The notes beneath the pieces were generated by a model. That model ran no database searches and was not told the DNA's origin. It saw nothing but the letters and a program-made list of their open reading frames with translations. This document shows, in pieces, positions 25,862 to 39,100 of a stretch of 64,000 bases of DNA (positions within the stretch are counted from its first letter, which is position 1; each line of letters begins with the position of its first letter). Origin of the DNA: Cycas panzhihuaensis. Lineage: Eukaryota; Plantae; Cycadophyta. The DNA lies in assembly GCA_023213395.1 (NCBI GenBank), contig CM041465.1, positions 199,213,741-199,277,740 on the forward strand, in the 5' to 3' direction. The position numbers were made by a program, and so were the translations under genes.

Positions 25862-28800
25862 TACGACATTATATTTCATAGTATATTAAGATCATTATGT
25901 GGGTGTGTATGGATGTGTGGGTGTGTGTGTATGTGTATGTGCGTGTGTATAGATAGATAGATAGATAGATAGATGTTTAGTATATATAAGTATAGTTACC
26001 TAAGTATAGTGTTATAAACATTACCGAAAACATAACTATTTTAATATATTTTATATATTACATACTTCACCTTATATATATTAAAAGAAAAAAATAACTT
26101 TTAAATATATCTTCATGTCGGTTATATATTTATATTTTTGAAATCTATTTCATCATAATATTTAATAATTTAAAATATAGCACCTATTTACCCTTTATAT
26201 TTACTCTATAAGTATTCACATCATTACTTATTTACTTATTAATAATTATACCCTCAATAAGCACTACAATTTAAGTGGTGATTCACCTGACACCTTATAA
26301 GGCTTCATAATTAGGTATATTAATATACTTATACTTGCCAAGTGACCAACTAGTTTCTTTTGACTATTTAAGCACTTATGTGGAATCGTTAGTTATTCTC
26401 TTAAGTACAAAGAAGACCGTAGTTATCTTGCCTACATTAACCCATCTACAAGGACAGTATAGTGATATGTATATAATCATAGTCTAAGGACTAACATTAT
26501 AAATATATTATTTTATCAATAAGATTAAAGATAGAGTTACGATAGGTTAGTCCAATTATGATATATATCTATATATATTGCATTGATTAGGAGGCTTCAC
26601 CCATTATCATATTAGCTATTTTCTATGCCCAAATTGTAGCCTCTATAGCCTCGCATTATCCAACATCCATATAGTCAAAAAATAATGGCAAGATTATGTT
26701 TAAAACATTACCATAGAATATTCTCTATCAAAATACCTAAAGGAATTAGAGTATTTAAATTCTGTGCATAGATAAGATATGTCAAAAGTCAAATATATAA
26801 AATTATATTTGTTGTGTTTGCCAATATAAAAGATTAAAGAGAATTTTAGAATTTCACAATTCTATGATTTAAATGAATACATTGTTTTATGGCTATAAGA
26901 GTTAAAAGATTTTGTCTTACTTCAAAACATTATAAATGATAAAAAAAAAATATTATATGCCACATTTCATATATATATATAATGGCATTCAATTGGTGGC
27001 AAAACTGGTTGGAAGAATAGGAAAACAAGAACCATAAAACTATAACTTAAGAACTATTTTCACTAGCATTTAAGAATCGATTTAAAGAAGTTGACACCAT
27101 TATTACTAAGGTATAACTTTAGATACACAACTTACTACTGAAGGGGGTCCTAGAGAAAATCTAGTAACATCAAAAGTAGATAAAGAAAGTAAAGAACCCC
27201 TTTATTAAATGCCATTTAAATATCAATCAAAACTAGATTCATCATTGAAACTAATAAGCATCAATGATACACTATTATTGGCAACACTCAAAGAAGAAAA
27301 AGAGCAATTGAGAATGAATTAGGAATTAACAAATATTAAAAAAAATATACATTTAAATATATTAATGAAAGTGATAAATAACTGAGAATATGGTCCTAAA
27401 CTATAACAAATATCACAATACCAAAGTAATCAAATATCTATACTAATAGAAAATCATATTACAAATACATTGATAAAATAATGAAATGATCACAAAATTG
27501 AATCCATGATTAGAAATTGGATAACTCATAAAATAACTAATAATCCTCTTATGTCCACTAAGCATCCCTATTAGAAGTAATATGGAAATAAATATCAATC
27601 TAGGCAACTATTTTTAAGTACAGATATGGACCACAATTAGAAAGTTTAAAAAAACTATCTTCACATGTAGATGAAGATAATAATTAGAGAATTTAAAAAT
27701 AAAATATCCCTACTATTTACATTAATTCCAAGGTTTCTACTAAAGAAGTTAATAGTAAGCAAAAGTCTAATGAAAGAATATCTCCCCAAGTTCTTCCATC
27801 AAATAATAAACTATCTAATGAAGAATTAACTCCCAACACTGATAACAATAAACATGTTACACCTACCAATGATAAAAAACTAGGATTAACAACTAATGAT
27901 AATAAATCAAAAGAATCAACCAAAAATAGTAATATAGACATCAAGTTATACAAAAGGTATGTAAAAATATTATTACTTTAGTATCACCTAGTTATATTTA
28001 CTTGTCCTAGAACTATCATCAATACTCCTTTTATTCCATTAAAAGTTAAAGAAATTGTGTTGGATATCTCCACAACTCATATTCAAAATATAACAAAAAT
28101 TGGATAAAAATTTTAAGGAATTAAGATATCTAACCACAATTTTTAGTGGAAGAACCCTTAGGATATCATAACACTAATATACTTAAAAAATGAATATACC
28201 ATGCCAATATTACAAAGCTAGAAGTCTTATTAAACCAAAAGACAATGATTTATAATGTAATGACTTAATAAAAGAGTAACTAGAATCCAAGATAAAGCAT
28301 CTTTTGGATCACATATTCAACACTTCTTTTGCAATTTAAATTAACATCTAAATTTCACAAATTTATATGATATTATGTTGCTTGCATAAGGACTATTCTA
28401 TTTTAATAGCCTTTAAGGATAAAGCCTTTCAAGAAAGAAGAACTTATAGTGAGCATAAATGGTGTATTTACATGTAACTAATTATAATTAGATTAGTAAA
28501 GGTTCATGTCTATTTATTACTCAAACTTGCCCTTCCATGGATAAATCATAAGTACATTCTTGTATGTAATATTAAGCATCATTCATCATTATTAATCAAT
28601 TATCCTTAGGATATTGGATCTTTGACCAAAACTATCTCCTATTTATGAGTGTGACCAACCTAAGTCACCTCCCCATCTTAGTTTGACTATATATTTATGG
28701 ATGGTAGGATGAGCTCATTGTCAATTTGGTACTTAGTAGGCAAAAAAGTTCTATCTAAAAGTTACTTATGAACTTAGGATCTCAATCATTGACTATGTAT

Positions 28801-29892
28801 TTGGGCATGTCATGCAACTTATATATCTCCTTTAAAAATATCTCAATATTTTTCTTTACTTTATATATTGCCTAGATACCACAAAAATGAGCATATTTGG
28901 TTAGCTTATCAACAACCATAAGAATGATATGTTGTCCTTCTGACCTAGGCAATCCCATAATGAAGTCCATGGAAAATTCTTCCCATCTTTGATTTGGTAT
29001 AGGTAGGGGTTACAATAATATTAGGGCCTTAATTATTTTTGCCTTATGTCATTGATAAATTTCACATAAGGCCACATATCTCTTTACATTCCCTTTTTGG
29101 CCCTCCCCAAAAGAAAGATTATTTTAAGTGGTGGTATGTCTATAGAAAATCTGAGTGACCTATTATTAGGGAAGCGTGTGCATCATGCAAAATTTGCTCC
29201 TCGAGCCTATATATATATATCCTATTATTATACTAAAGGATATTTGTGGACCGTGTATAGTGGGTTGAGTTCCCTACCTTAGCTTGAAGGTCCTAAATGA
29301 TCTACTTTATAATGGGGTCTCACTTCCATTCTTACTTAGCGACCTATATCCAAAAGTGGTTGACCATGGTTATAAAGTATAATGACATTCCTTATTCTTT
29401 ATGAGACAAAGAATCAACCACTATATTATCCTTACATTTTTCATAGAGTATTTCAAAGTTAAAGGCTTGCATTCTGGTGACCTATTTTTGTTATTCCTTC
29501 GATGTCATTCTTTGATCTAAGAAATAGTTGAAGTTGTCATGGTCTATTTTTATTTAGAAATATGTCCCCGTTAAGTATTATCACCATTGCTTTATTGCAT
29601 GGAGAATTGCTAACATTTCCTTCTCATAGGTGGATTCGACTTGATTCTTAGGAGTAAGTTGTCTACTCTTAAAGGCTACAGGTTTTTCTTATTGTATTAA
29701 GATCACTATAATGCCTTGGTCTAATGTGTTTTATTTAATGGTGAATGTCTTTCTAATGTTTGTTATCTCTAGGACTAGAGTGTTGGTTAAGGCTACCTTT
29801 AACTGGTTGAATGCTTTAGAGGCCTTATGATTCCAATGAAAGGATTCCTTTTTTAATAGGTTGATCAAAGGGGAAGAAATCCTTTCATAACT

Positions 29893-30192
29893 CTAAATAC
29901 TATATACATCTAACAAAATACAAAGTAAAACTTTTAAAATAATAAAGTATTTAATCACACAAGAGTAGAATTGAGATGTGCAAAGGTTCACAAGCAAACT
30001 TGTCACTTTATAAGGCTCCAATCTAGCAAAGATTTCATATTAATAATAATCCAATGTATAAACAATAGGGAAAATGACCAATATATAGGAAATCCACTAA
30101 GGTTTACAATAATATAATTGGCTGATATATCAGTATAAGTGGTAGACCTGACATATTTACATAATATGATTAAATTACAAATGAGGTCCTGC

Positions 30193-30265
<73 letters not shown>

Positions 30266-33200
30266 GGTAATGAAGTTAACGTTACAAGTTTTAATACCCT
30301 CTCTTAACGGCAACTTTATTACATTTGATATTGAGGTCATGTCAAAACCATTCAAACTTAAGTTTACAAAGTTCTTTAGTGAAGATATTTGCAACCTGGT
30401 CCTTGGTTGGTTAATGAAATTGGTCAATGAAGTCATCAGGAGGTTGTTATAAGAGAACTTCTTTTGTGAGCTTTCCATTTGAGAAGGCACTCTTCAGTAC
30501 CAAATGAGCTTTATCATACTCAATAGGGTCATTGGTATAAAATCTTGCTTTATAAAGCCTTCTACATTTAACCGACTTCTTTTTAGGTGGAAATTCTATC
30601 AACTTCCAAGTTTCATTTTTTATGATAGAGTTCATCTCTTCATCTATGGTTCCTTTCCATATTTGTTCTATGACTATCTCCTCAAACATGGAAGGTTTAG
30701 GGTTTTCCAAGACATGTGCCATTAAGACAAAATTGGTAGAGTGTCTCATCTTTGATGGCCTTTTGGCAGTTGTGGAAGGAGAAGGAGCATCCTTTAATAA
30801 CTGTTGAACCCACTTAATATGTCATTTAACGTTGGTGGCTTCCACCTAAAGGTCATCGACCAAAATAAGTGACATAGTTGTGCTTACTTCTGTTATAGAA
30901 GTGGAGACTACTAGAATTGATGAAGGACTAGTTGTGTAAGAGGAGGTTGGTACTGGTGGCTCTAAATTTATCTAAGAGGCACTTGAGGCACACCAACTTC
31001 ATATACAATTATAACTTGAATTTGAGATAAATTTAGGCCCATGAATCTTTTGTAAATTTGATATCCTGAGTTATGTATGCTTGGTTCCCAACAATATCAA
31101 ACACTTTGTAGACTTTTCAACCAAGTATATAGCAAAGGAAGATATACTTAAGCTTTTATCATCAAGTTTCTTTCTATTCTCTTTTGGGATAAGTTTGTAT
31201 GCCATACATCTAAATGTTTTCAAGTATACAACAATTGGTTTAAGACATGACCAAGCTTCCTTAAGAATGATATTCCTAACTTCTATAGTTAGACTCATGT
31301 TGGTTAGGTATGTTGTAGTTATAATTACATCAACCCAAAATCTAGTGGCGAGGTTGGTAGTACTTGGCATGGCTTTTCCTTTATTTATTAATGTATGGTT
31401 CATCCTTTTAGCTATTCCATTTTGTTCTGGTATGCAAGGTGCTAAAAATTGACGTTTGATGCCATGTTCCTTGTAAAAATTTATGAATTGATTTGAGATG
31501 TATTCACCACCATTATCAAATCTAAGTATCTTAATGGTCATGCCACTCTCATTTTCTACCTTAACTTTGAACTCCTTGAATTTATCCAAGGCTTCGTATT
31601 TATTTCTTAAGAAATAAACCCACACTTTCCTAAAATAATCATCATAAATATCATGAAATGTAGGCTACTATTGAGCGATTGTACTGACATAGGCCCACAA
31701 ATGTCTAAGTGGACTAACTCTAATGGTTGGGAGGCTCTTCATGCATTCTTAAATTGGAATTTTTCTCTTTGTTACTTTCTCACAAGGTATATCTCATAAA
31801 TATTGTTGTATTTCTTCATCTTGGGTAAGCCATGTACCATATAAAGCCCTAACATGAGGTTCAAACTCTACATATTTAGGTGACCTAGGTGTTGGTGCTA
31901 TAACTGGTCTCTAGTACTATTGGAGGTAAATTATTCATCTGAGTAGGAGAATTCACCTAATTCTTAGACAGAAGGAGAGTCTTCCATCATGACATATTTC
32001 CCCTTATGAATTTATGTACTTTGGGCCATTGAGTGTGATGTTGTTGGTGGATTGATAGTTATAGGAACACCATCTAACTTGTATAAACCATTATCTTTAT
32101 TACTAGTTACTACAAGTTGTCTAGTTGCGTGATTTGTGATGGTGCAGATATCCTAGCTAAAGAGGACATCCAAGTTTTACTTATTTATTTGGCTGACTGA
32201 AAGTAGATTCATTTTCATTCTTAGAACTAGAAATACATTGTTGATATAGTGTCAAATGTTAGAATCTTTGTATGCTATTGGGGCACTTCTAATTTTGGTC
32301 AAATCATATGTCAAGTTGTCACCAAATATGATTATTTGTGTGCTTATAGGATAGGTCTCTTCCAACATCTTTTATAAGCCAGTCATGTGGTGAGTGGAAC
32401 TTGATTCAAGAAGGCATGAGTGGTCATTATATTATGATGACAATTCTATAAAGAATATGTTTTATAAGGAGGTGTCCTATGTGTCTGCCACATAGCCTCC
32501 TTGATAATTATTAGGGTTCCTTTGATTCCTGGGTAGAAACTGTTACCTATTATATTATCTTTGATTTTGATTGAGTCTTGGGGTTTAATTCTATTAATAG
32601 AATTAGCCTGGTTATTAAAATGATAACCATCCTTATTAGAAGATAGGGCCTCCTTATTAGAAGTAGGGGGCACCTTGTTGTAGAATGTGGCCTACTTGTT
32701 ATGGATAAGGGGCTTCTTATGGAGGGAATGGTCCTCCTTATTAATAACTTTGTCCATGTTGTTGATAGTTTTATCTACCTTGTTGAAAGTTAGGTGCTCC
32801 TTATAGATAAAATGGGGTTATTTCTTAATAACATAGGGATGCTTGTTAAAAGCTAGACCTATAAGATTAGCTCCCTTAATTTTACAACATTTATAGATCA
32901 TCCTAACATCTCCTACATTCAATAGAAAGGTGACCAATTTTTCCACAATATAAGTAGGTGATATTGGATATACTCTATTGATTCTTCTTTGTTTAAGGCT
33001 ATGGTGGTTATTGGCACTATTGAGGTTACTGACCTTGGTGTGAAGATGTGCCAACTTGATCTGGTTAATGTTAAGTTGACAATTGATTTAACTCTTGAGA
33101 GATGTCTAAGGAGTCTAATTATTGAGTAAGATCTTGAAGTTGACTAGGTTTCTAACTTGGTCATTATATAGTCTTACCCCTCTCTAAATTTTACACTATA

Positions 33201-36171
33201 AATGTAAGGGCTAAGTCAAAGTTAGATGTTACCTCTAGTTGATTGAGAATATTCTCTTCTCTTACCAGAAGCCCCTCAAAGGTGATAAAATCTATTTTTA
33301 TATAGTTATCATAGAGTTTAGAGATAATGCTATTATATTCTATAGGGATAATATTAAGGATACTAGATATAAGGTCATGGTCTAAAGGAGGTTCTTCTAG
33401 GATTATTAATTGATTTCTAATGGTCTTTGCTTCAGTTAGATGTGCTATGATATTTCCTACAAATAGGATGATAAAAAGATGTGCTTTGAGAGTCAATGAT
33501 CTTGACTCATCTTTCCTCTCATAGAGAGCATAAAAGATAGTCCATGCTTCATGAGAGGTTTGGGTTGTCTTAATGTTTGGGTCCACTTGGTCTTCTACTA
33601 CTAAGTAGAGGAAGGACAAGGCAATATTATCCTTAGTTTTAAAGTTAGCTAAGGTAATAGGATCTAGTGGAATTACAATGCTAGATTCATTGGGGTCTTG
33701 TGTTGGTCTAGGTAGGGGTATGTCACCATTAATATAGACTAAAAAGTCATTTATAACAAGCAGGTTCTTTACCTATTTCTTCCAAGGGATAAAGTTATTG
33801 ATACTATTGAGTTTAATTATGTTTGATAATAACATTTGTGATGCCATTTCTAAGTGTCTTTAGTTTTGGATTTTAAGTTTTAAGTGCTTGTGTACTAATC
33901 TACCTAAGGGCTACTAATCCAAAGTTTTAAGTTTTAGTGTCCCTAAGAAAGTTCTTAGTTACTATCCTGTCTAATGACACCTACCCATAAGTGGTAAATC
34001 AAGGACCTTATATACTAGTATATGAGCTCAAGGCTCTATATACTTTAGTACATAGATTGTTATGAAGGTTAAAGATCCTCATAACTTATAGATCCAACTA
34101 CATCAAAATTATGCCTAATGAAAGATCTAATAGTGAGAACTTAACAACCAAGGCACTCACCCTCTATGGGTCTAGCCTAGTCTCCACTCACCAAAGGAAA
34201 ATTTACCACCTTAGCATGCCACTTTATACATCTTATAGCTAATGTTTTCTTTAGAAAACTAGAAAAATATTAAAGGTGTGTGTGTAGTGATAGCTTTAGG
34301 GGTCCTAACCATTCCCCTTACAATACAGGTAAAGTTATATTATTAATTTGGGATTATTTTGATTAATGTTCCAAGTTAAATATTGATTTTAAGGTGAGTT
34401 TCTTATAACCAATGGTTCTTTTTAAAAGAAAAGTTAAAAAGTAAAAGGAAATATAAGAAATTAAAGAAAAATAAGAGGTATAGAAAGCTCTTTGAGTAGG
34501 CTTACACCAAGAAGATCCACTACAATCTATAAGGAGAACACCTATAAAAAACTAACCACAAGCACTTTATTAGCCCAAAAATTAGATTAGAATAGTTAAC
34601 TAGCAATCAACAGTAGTATAAAGCAACAAAGAGTCTCATAAAAATCTAAATTTAAGCTTTCAAATGATGAAAGAAATTTTAAGAATACTAAAAAAATTAC
34701 CCATCTTTAGTAGGTTAGAACTCATATAAATTAAACTCAAATCAAGCTCAAACTAACTTAAAACTATAGCCCTTTGAATTAGATTTCTAATGGTTTAGAC
34801 AACAATTGATTATGACTCCTAGTTAGAAAGTTATAATAGAAACTATAACAAGTATTCCTTGTAAGCTAAAAGACATGAAGTTTAGGCTTAAGCCCCTTTG
34901 AAAGTTGGCCCTCGATTGCTATACTATGACATGTGACCACCCATTGGAGTGTTAAGGGGGTTGTAAATTTTAAATCACAATGAAATATGGCCTAACCTTT
35001 TTGCAAATATAAAAATTATAAAAGATAGTTAAGCCTATTTGAGATATATCTCTTTTTGGCTAAGAAAAGAGTCATAAGAAGATGAAATATGATCAAAAAG
35101 AGGGTTTAAATGCAAATTTGAGTCACTGAATCAAATGCAATATATTTTTTTAAAAATTTTACAAATTAAAAGATAAAAATATCATTTTTTTATATGTAAA
35201 GAGGTCATATAACTTCCATGGCTTGTGTGCACCTCTCTACAGAGAACAAAGGCCAAACAAGCTTTAAAATTCCTTATAAAAGCTCATATCTTAATAGCAA
35301 ATGGATTTTAGCATTGTAGCACCCCCTTTAAGCTCAAATAGAATTACACTAGTGAGTAATGCTCTCAAATACAGTCACAAAATCTCACAAAGGCCAAACA
35401 AATGCCTAGGGCTATAAACGAACAAACAAGCGTAAAAGACTCCATGAAACTACCTACAATAGGATTTGAATAACTTTAGAGGACTACTATAATCAACAAA
35501 ACTTCATTTGCATGTGAAATATAGCCTACACCAACACATTAGGATTTAAAAAAAGGCAAAAATAAAGTTGCTTCAACAAAAAAAAATAGAATTGAAAGCT
35601 ATGTACCTTATAACAAACTTAAAATTCAATAAATACACATTATTGTGATATCAAAAATACCAATAGTGGCTTCAAACTGATTGGAGACCACTTAACATAA
35701 AGAGAAAAGCTTTAAAAATGTGAGAATGGGGTGCCATTATGAGTAAACGAGCCTCTTTTTCTCATTTGTCTCTCAAATAACACCAAATGAAGCACGTAAT
35801 GGCTTTGATACCATACGAAAACTCGTCCAATATCTAAATACTATGTGCATCTAATAAAAATATAAAGTAAAACTATTAAAATAATAAAATATTCAATCAC
35901 AAAAGAGAATAGTTAAGATGTACAAAGGTTCACAGGTGAATTTATCACTCCATAAGGCTCCAATATATAAATAATAGGGGAAATGTCTAATATAGGCAAT
36001 GCACCAAGGTTTACAATAATATAATTGGTTGATATATCGACACAAGGTGGCAGACCTGACATAGTTATGTAATATGATTAAATTACAAATGAGATCATAC
36101 CTAAAGTACATAATTATTCACATATACATGTAATTTACATGGTAATGAAGCTAATATTATGAGTCTTAGCA
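29893..36171 (-). mobile_element. Ty1/copia element E with RT/RH internal deletions
   Basis: LTRs ~29893-30296 and 35814-36171; PBS TGGTATCAAAGCC 35801-35813; PPT TTAAGAGAGGG; gag ATG at 33847; INT ILRFDNGGEY and PEQNGIAKRMN; host RT GYY*KF|YERISSPL rejoins across it. Confidence 0.9.
30195..30260. repeat. (AT)n followed by poly-T inside the 3' LTR of copia E
   Basis: Direct reading; absent from the partner LTR. Confidence 0.95.
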
Positions 36172-39100
36172 TAAACTTTCAATAATACCCTATGATTCCT
36201 AAGAATCCATGAAGGTCCTTAATATCTTAAGGTTCAAACCAATTTGTTATAACTAAAATTTTGTTAGGATCCACCCTGACTCCCTCTTGGGATATAATAT
36301 GGCCCAAATATTCTATTTTTATTTGCTCAAATTGATACTTTAATTTTTTGGCATAAAGTTAGCTATCTACAAGTACCTAAAATGCTTATCAACATGCTAG
36401 AGATGGTCTTTCCAAGTTTGATTAAAGATCAAAATGTCATCAAAGAAGGTTAGCACGAACTTTCTTAAGTAATGCTAAAAAAGTTCATTCGTGAGGCCTT
36501 AAAAGGTGTTTGGGGTGTTAGTTAGGCCAAAGGGCATGACTAAAAATTCATAATGGCCTTCATGTATATAAAATACCATCTTATGAATATCAACTACTTT
36601 GATTCTAATTTAATGGGATCCTGACCATAAGTCCAATGATATGAAGAATATTTCTCTATGTAGCTCATCTAATAATTTATCAATGGCTAGTATGGGAAAT
36701 CTATCTTTGATGGTTATCTTATTAAGTTCTTAATAGTCCATTCACATGTGAAATGAGCCATCCTTTTTCCTTACTAAAATCACAGTAGTAGAAAAGGTGT
36801 TTTTGCTTTCCCTATTTGTATTAGAATCAATGAGTTCTTGAACTAGTCATTCAATTTCATTCTTTTGTTGGTAGGGATACTAATATGGTCGAATATTAGG
36901 GGGATTACTTCTAGCTACTAGGTTAATGTCATGATCTTGTTCATATGTTAGGGGGATATCTTAAGGTATATATTAAAAGACCTAGTTGTGGTGGTTAAGT
37001 ACCGCTTTTAAGTTAGTTAGGATATCATCATCTTAGAGAACATCCACCTTTGTTGAAAGTTCTTAATCATCTAAAGTATAACATTTGGTAATGATGCCTA
37101 CACCACCCTTTTTAATGATCATCTCCATATAGTGTGAGCTAATGATTTAGATTAAGGGAGGAATAATTCCATTCAATTGATATTATATTCCTTTAAAAGT
37201 AAATCAAATGAAAATCTCCTATATTTTTAATTAAATGGTCCCCAATGGTTTAAGCCATTATACCTCTAATATAACATTCACTCCTCTAATAGGAATGGCA
37301 TACATGGAGCTGGAGAGTTGGCAGTCAGCCATTTGTAACTTGATATTGTAGCATTTCCTCCTACAAGATAGTGTCTCACTAGTAGCTACTATAACTTAAA
37401 AATTTTTAATAGGATATATAAAATAGTTTAATTCTTCAATAAGTTTACAATTAATAAATTATGGGTGCTACCAGAATCTATTAATACTACCACCTTCCTT
37501 TTCTTGATATACCCAACAAATTTGAGTATTTGTGGGATCTCAATTCTAGTTAGGGCATGCATTAATATGGTAGAAGTATCTTTATCTTCTTACTTTAGTA
37601 GGTCATGGTCATTATTTTCTAGTTCTTAAGGGAGTTCTTCCACTAGTTCATTGACTTAGGTATCATTAATAGTGAATAAGCATCATTTAGGACACTTATA
37701 CTCCTTAATCCACTTTTGATTATAACAAAAATATAACCCTTTCAACCATTTTCATTCTATTTCTTAGAAAGTCATTTGTCATATACTAGGGACTTGTTAT
37801 TATAGATGCCTTGTTAGAAATATTCATGTAAAGGGTATGGAGGCCTTATTTTTTGCTTAAATATGGCAATCATAGTTGATGGTGATAGATATGTTAATAG
37901 GTTTTAGGAGTCATAACTCATGTTTGATGTCATCTCATAATCTACTAATGTATAACTCAAGTAAATTATCTTATTATAAACCATCAACCCTTGTGAAGAG
38001 ACATTGGTATTTTATTATATAAGCTGAAATAGTGCCCTCCCATCAGACTTTAGTTAGCTAGTTGAAGTGGTCATGATCCTAGGTACTATCATATTGGGTT
38101 GTAAAATTATTGACAAAACCTCCCACTAATAACTGAGTCCATCAATTATTTTCTTAACCCATTGGTGCCATTAGTAAGGCTCTAGTTCCATATGCAAAAA
38201 GGTGAGTGGGATCTCTTTATCTATTGGAACTTAGTGAAGAAAAAATTATTGTTCTTTTTGTGTTACCTAAGTTTGTACATATGTGCCACTGAGTTTCTTA
38301 ATTTTAACTTTGGGAAAGTAGTTAGGTTGAAAGTATTAGTTGTCATGATCCTTATTATCCTTGTTAAAATGGCTGACACTTATGTGAGTAGTGTTCTCAA
38401 ATTTGATCTTTCCTTTAGAGTTTTTATAGTTACCTTCTTCTTGGGTATGTTTTATACTTCTTAACTTGAGTATTACCCTTTCAAAATTTTTGTGTAAATC
38501 TATTTGGATGTGTTACATATCTTCTCAAAGTTAGGTAACAACATCATTAAGCTCTTAATTCTTATTAGGGTTCACCGTAGGGGCCATTTGGTTGTTAGAC
38601 CAAAATAGAACCCTAGGTGGTGAATATGAATAAATGGGTCTAGTGGGATGCATATATACTATTTATCCCCAAAAATTATAACTAGGGATGCTTGTATGTC
38701 ATTTAACCCCAATTGTTTACAATGAAGGAATGTGAAGGGAATTTTTTTCTTTTTTGGAAAAGGGTCCAAAAATTTTATTTAAGTCTAGAAGTAAAAGGGG
38801 GCTAGGGTAATTCAGCTACTAAATGAGGTGTTATATGAATTTCTTATAGATTTTTAGATCTCTTGGTTAGGTTTAAATCCTTATAAGATGAAATTCTCTG
38901 ACTTTTGTAAAAAAATGGTAGTGTGTCTATATAAGGTCTTTGGTCTAAAATTATAAGAGGCTTTTACTCCTGAATTTCAGAGGAAAATCAAGTTGTTATT
39001 GATGAATTATGATCTCGAGAAGAAAAAATAGAAATTAAAATTTTCTAAGAATTCAATATATAATTTAGATAGGAGTCATAAAGGGATATTACATGCAGAA

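Noticed and set aside
34116-34140. CTAATGA...GAGAAC as a decayed hammerhead ribozyme core
   Set aside because: No stem II/III pairing, and the homologous copy at 19617 lacks the motif
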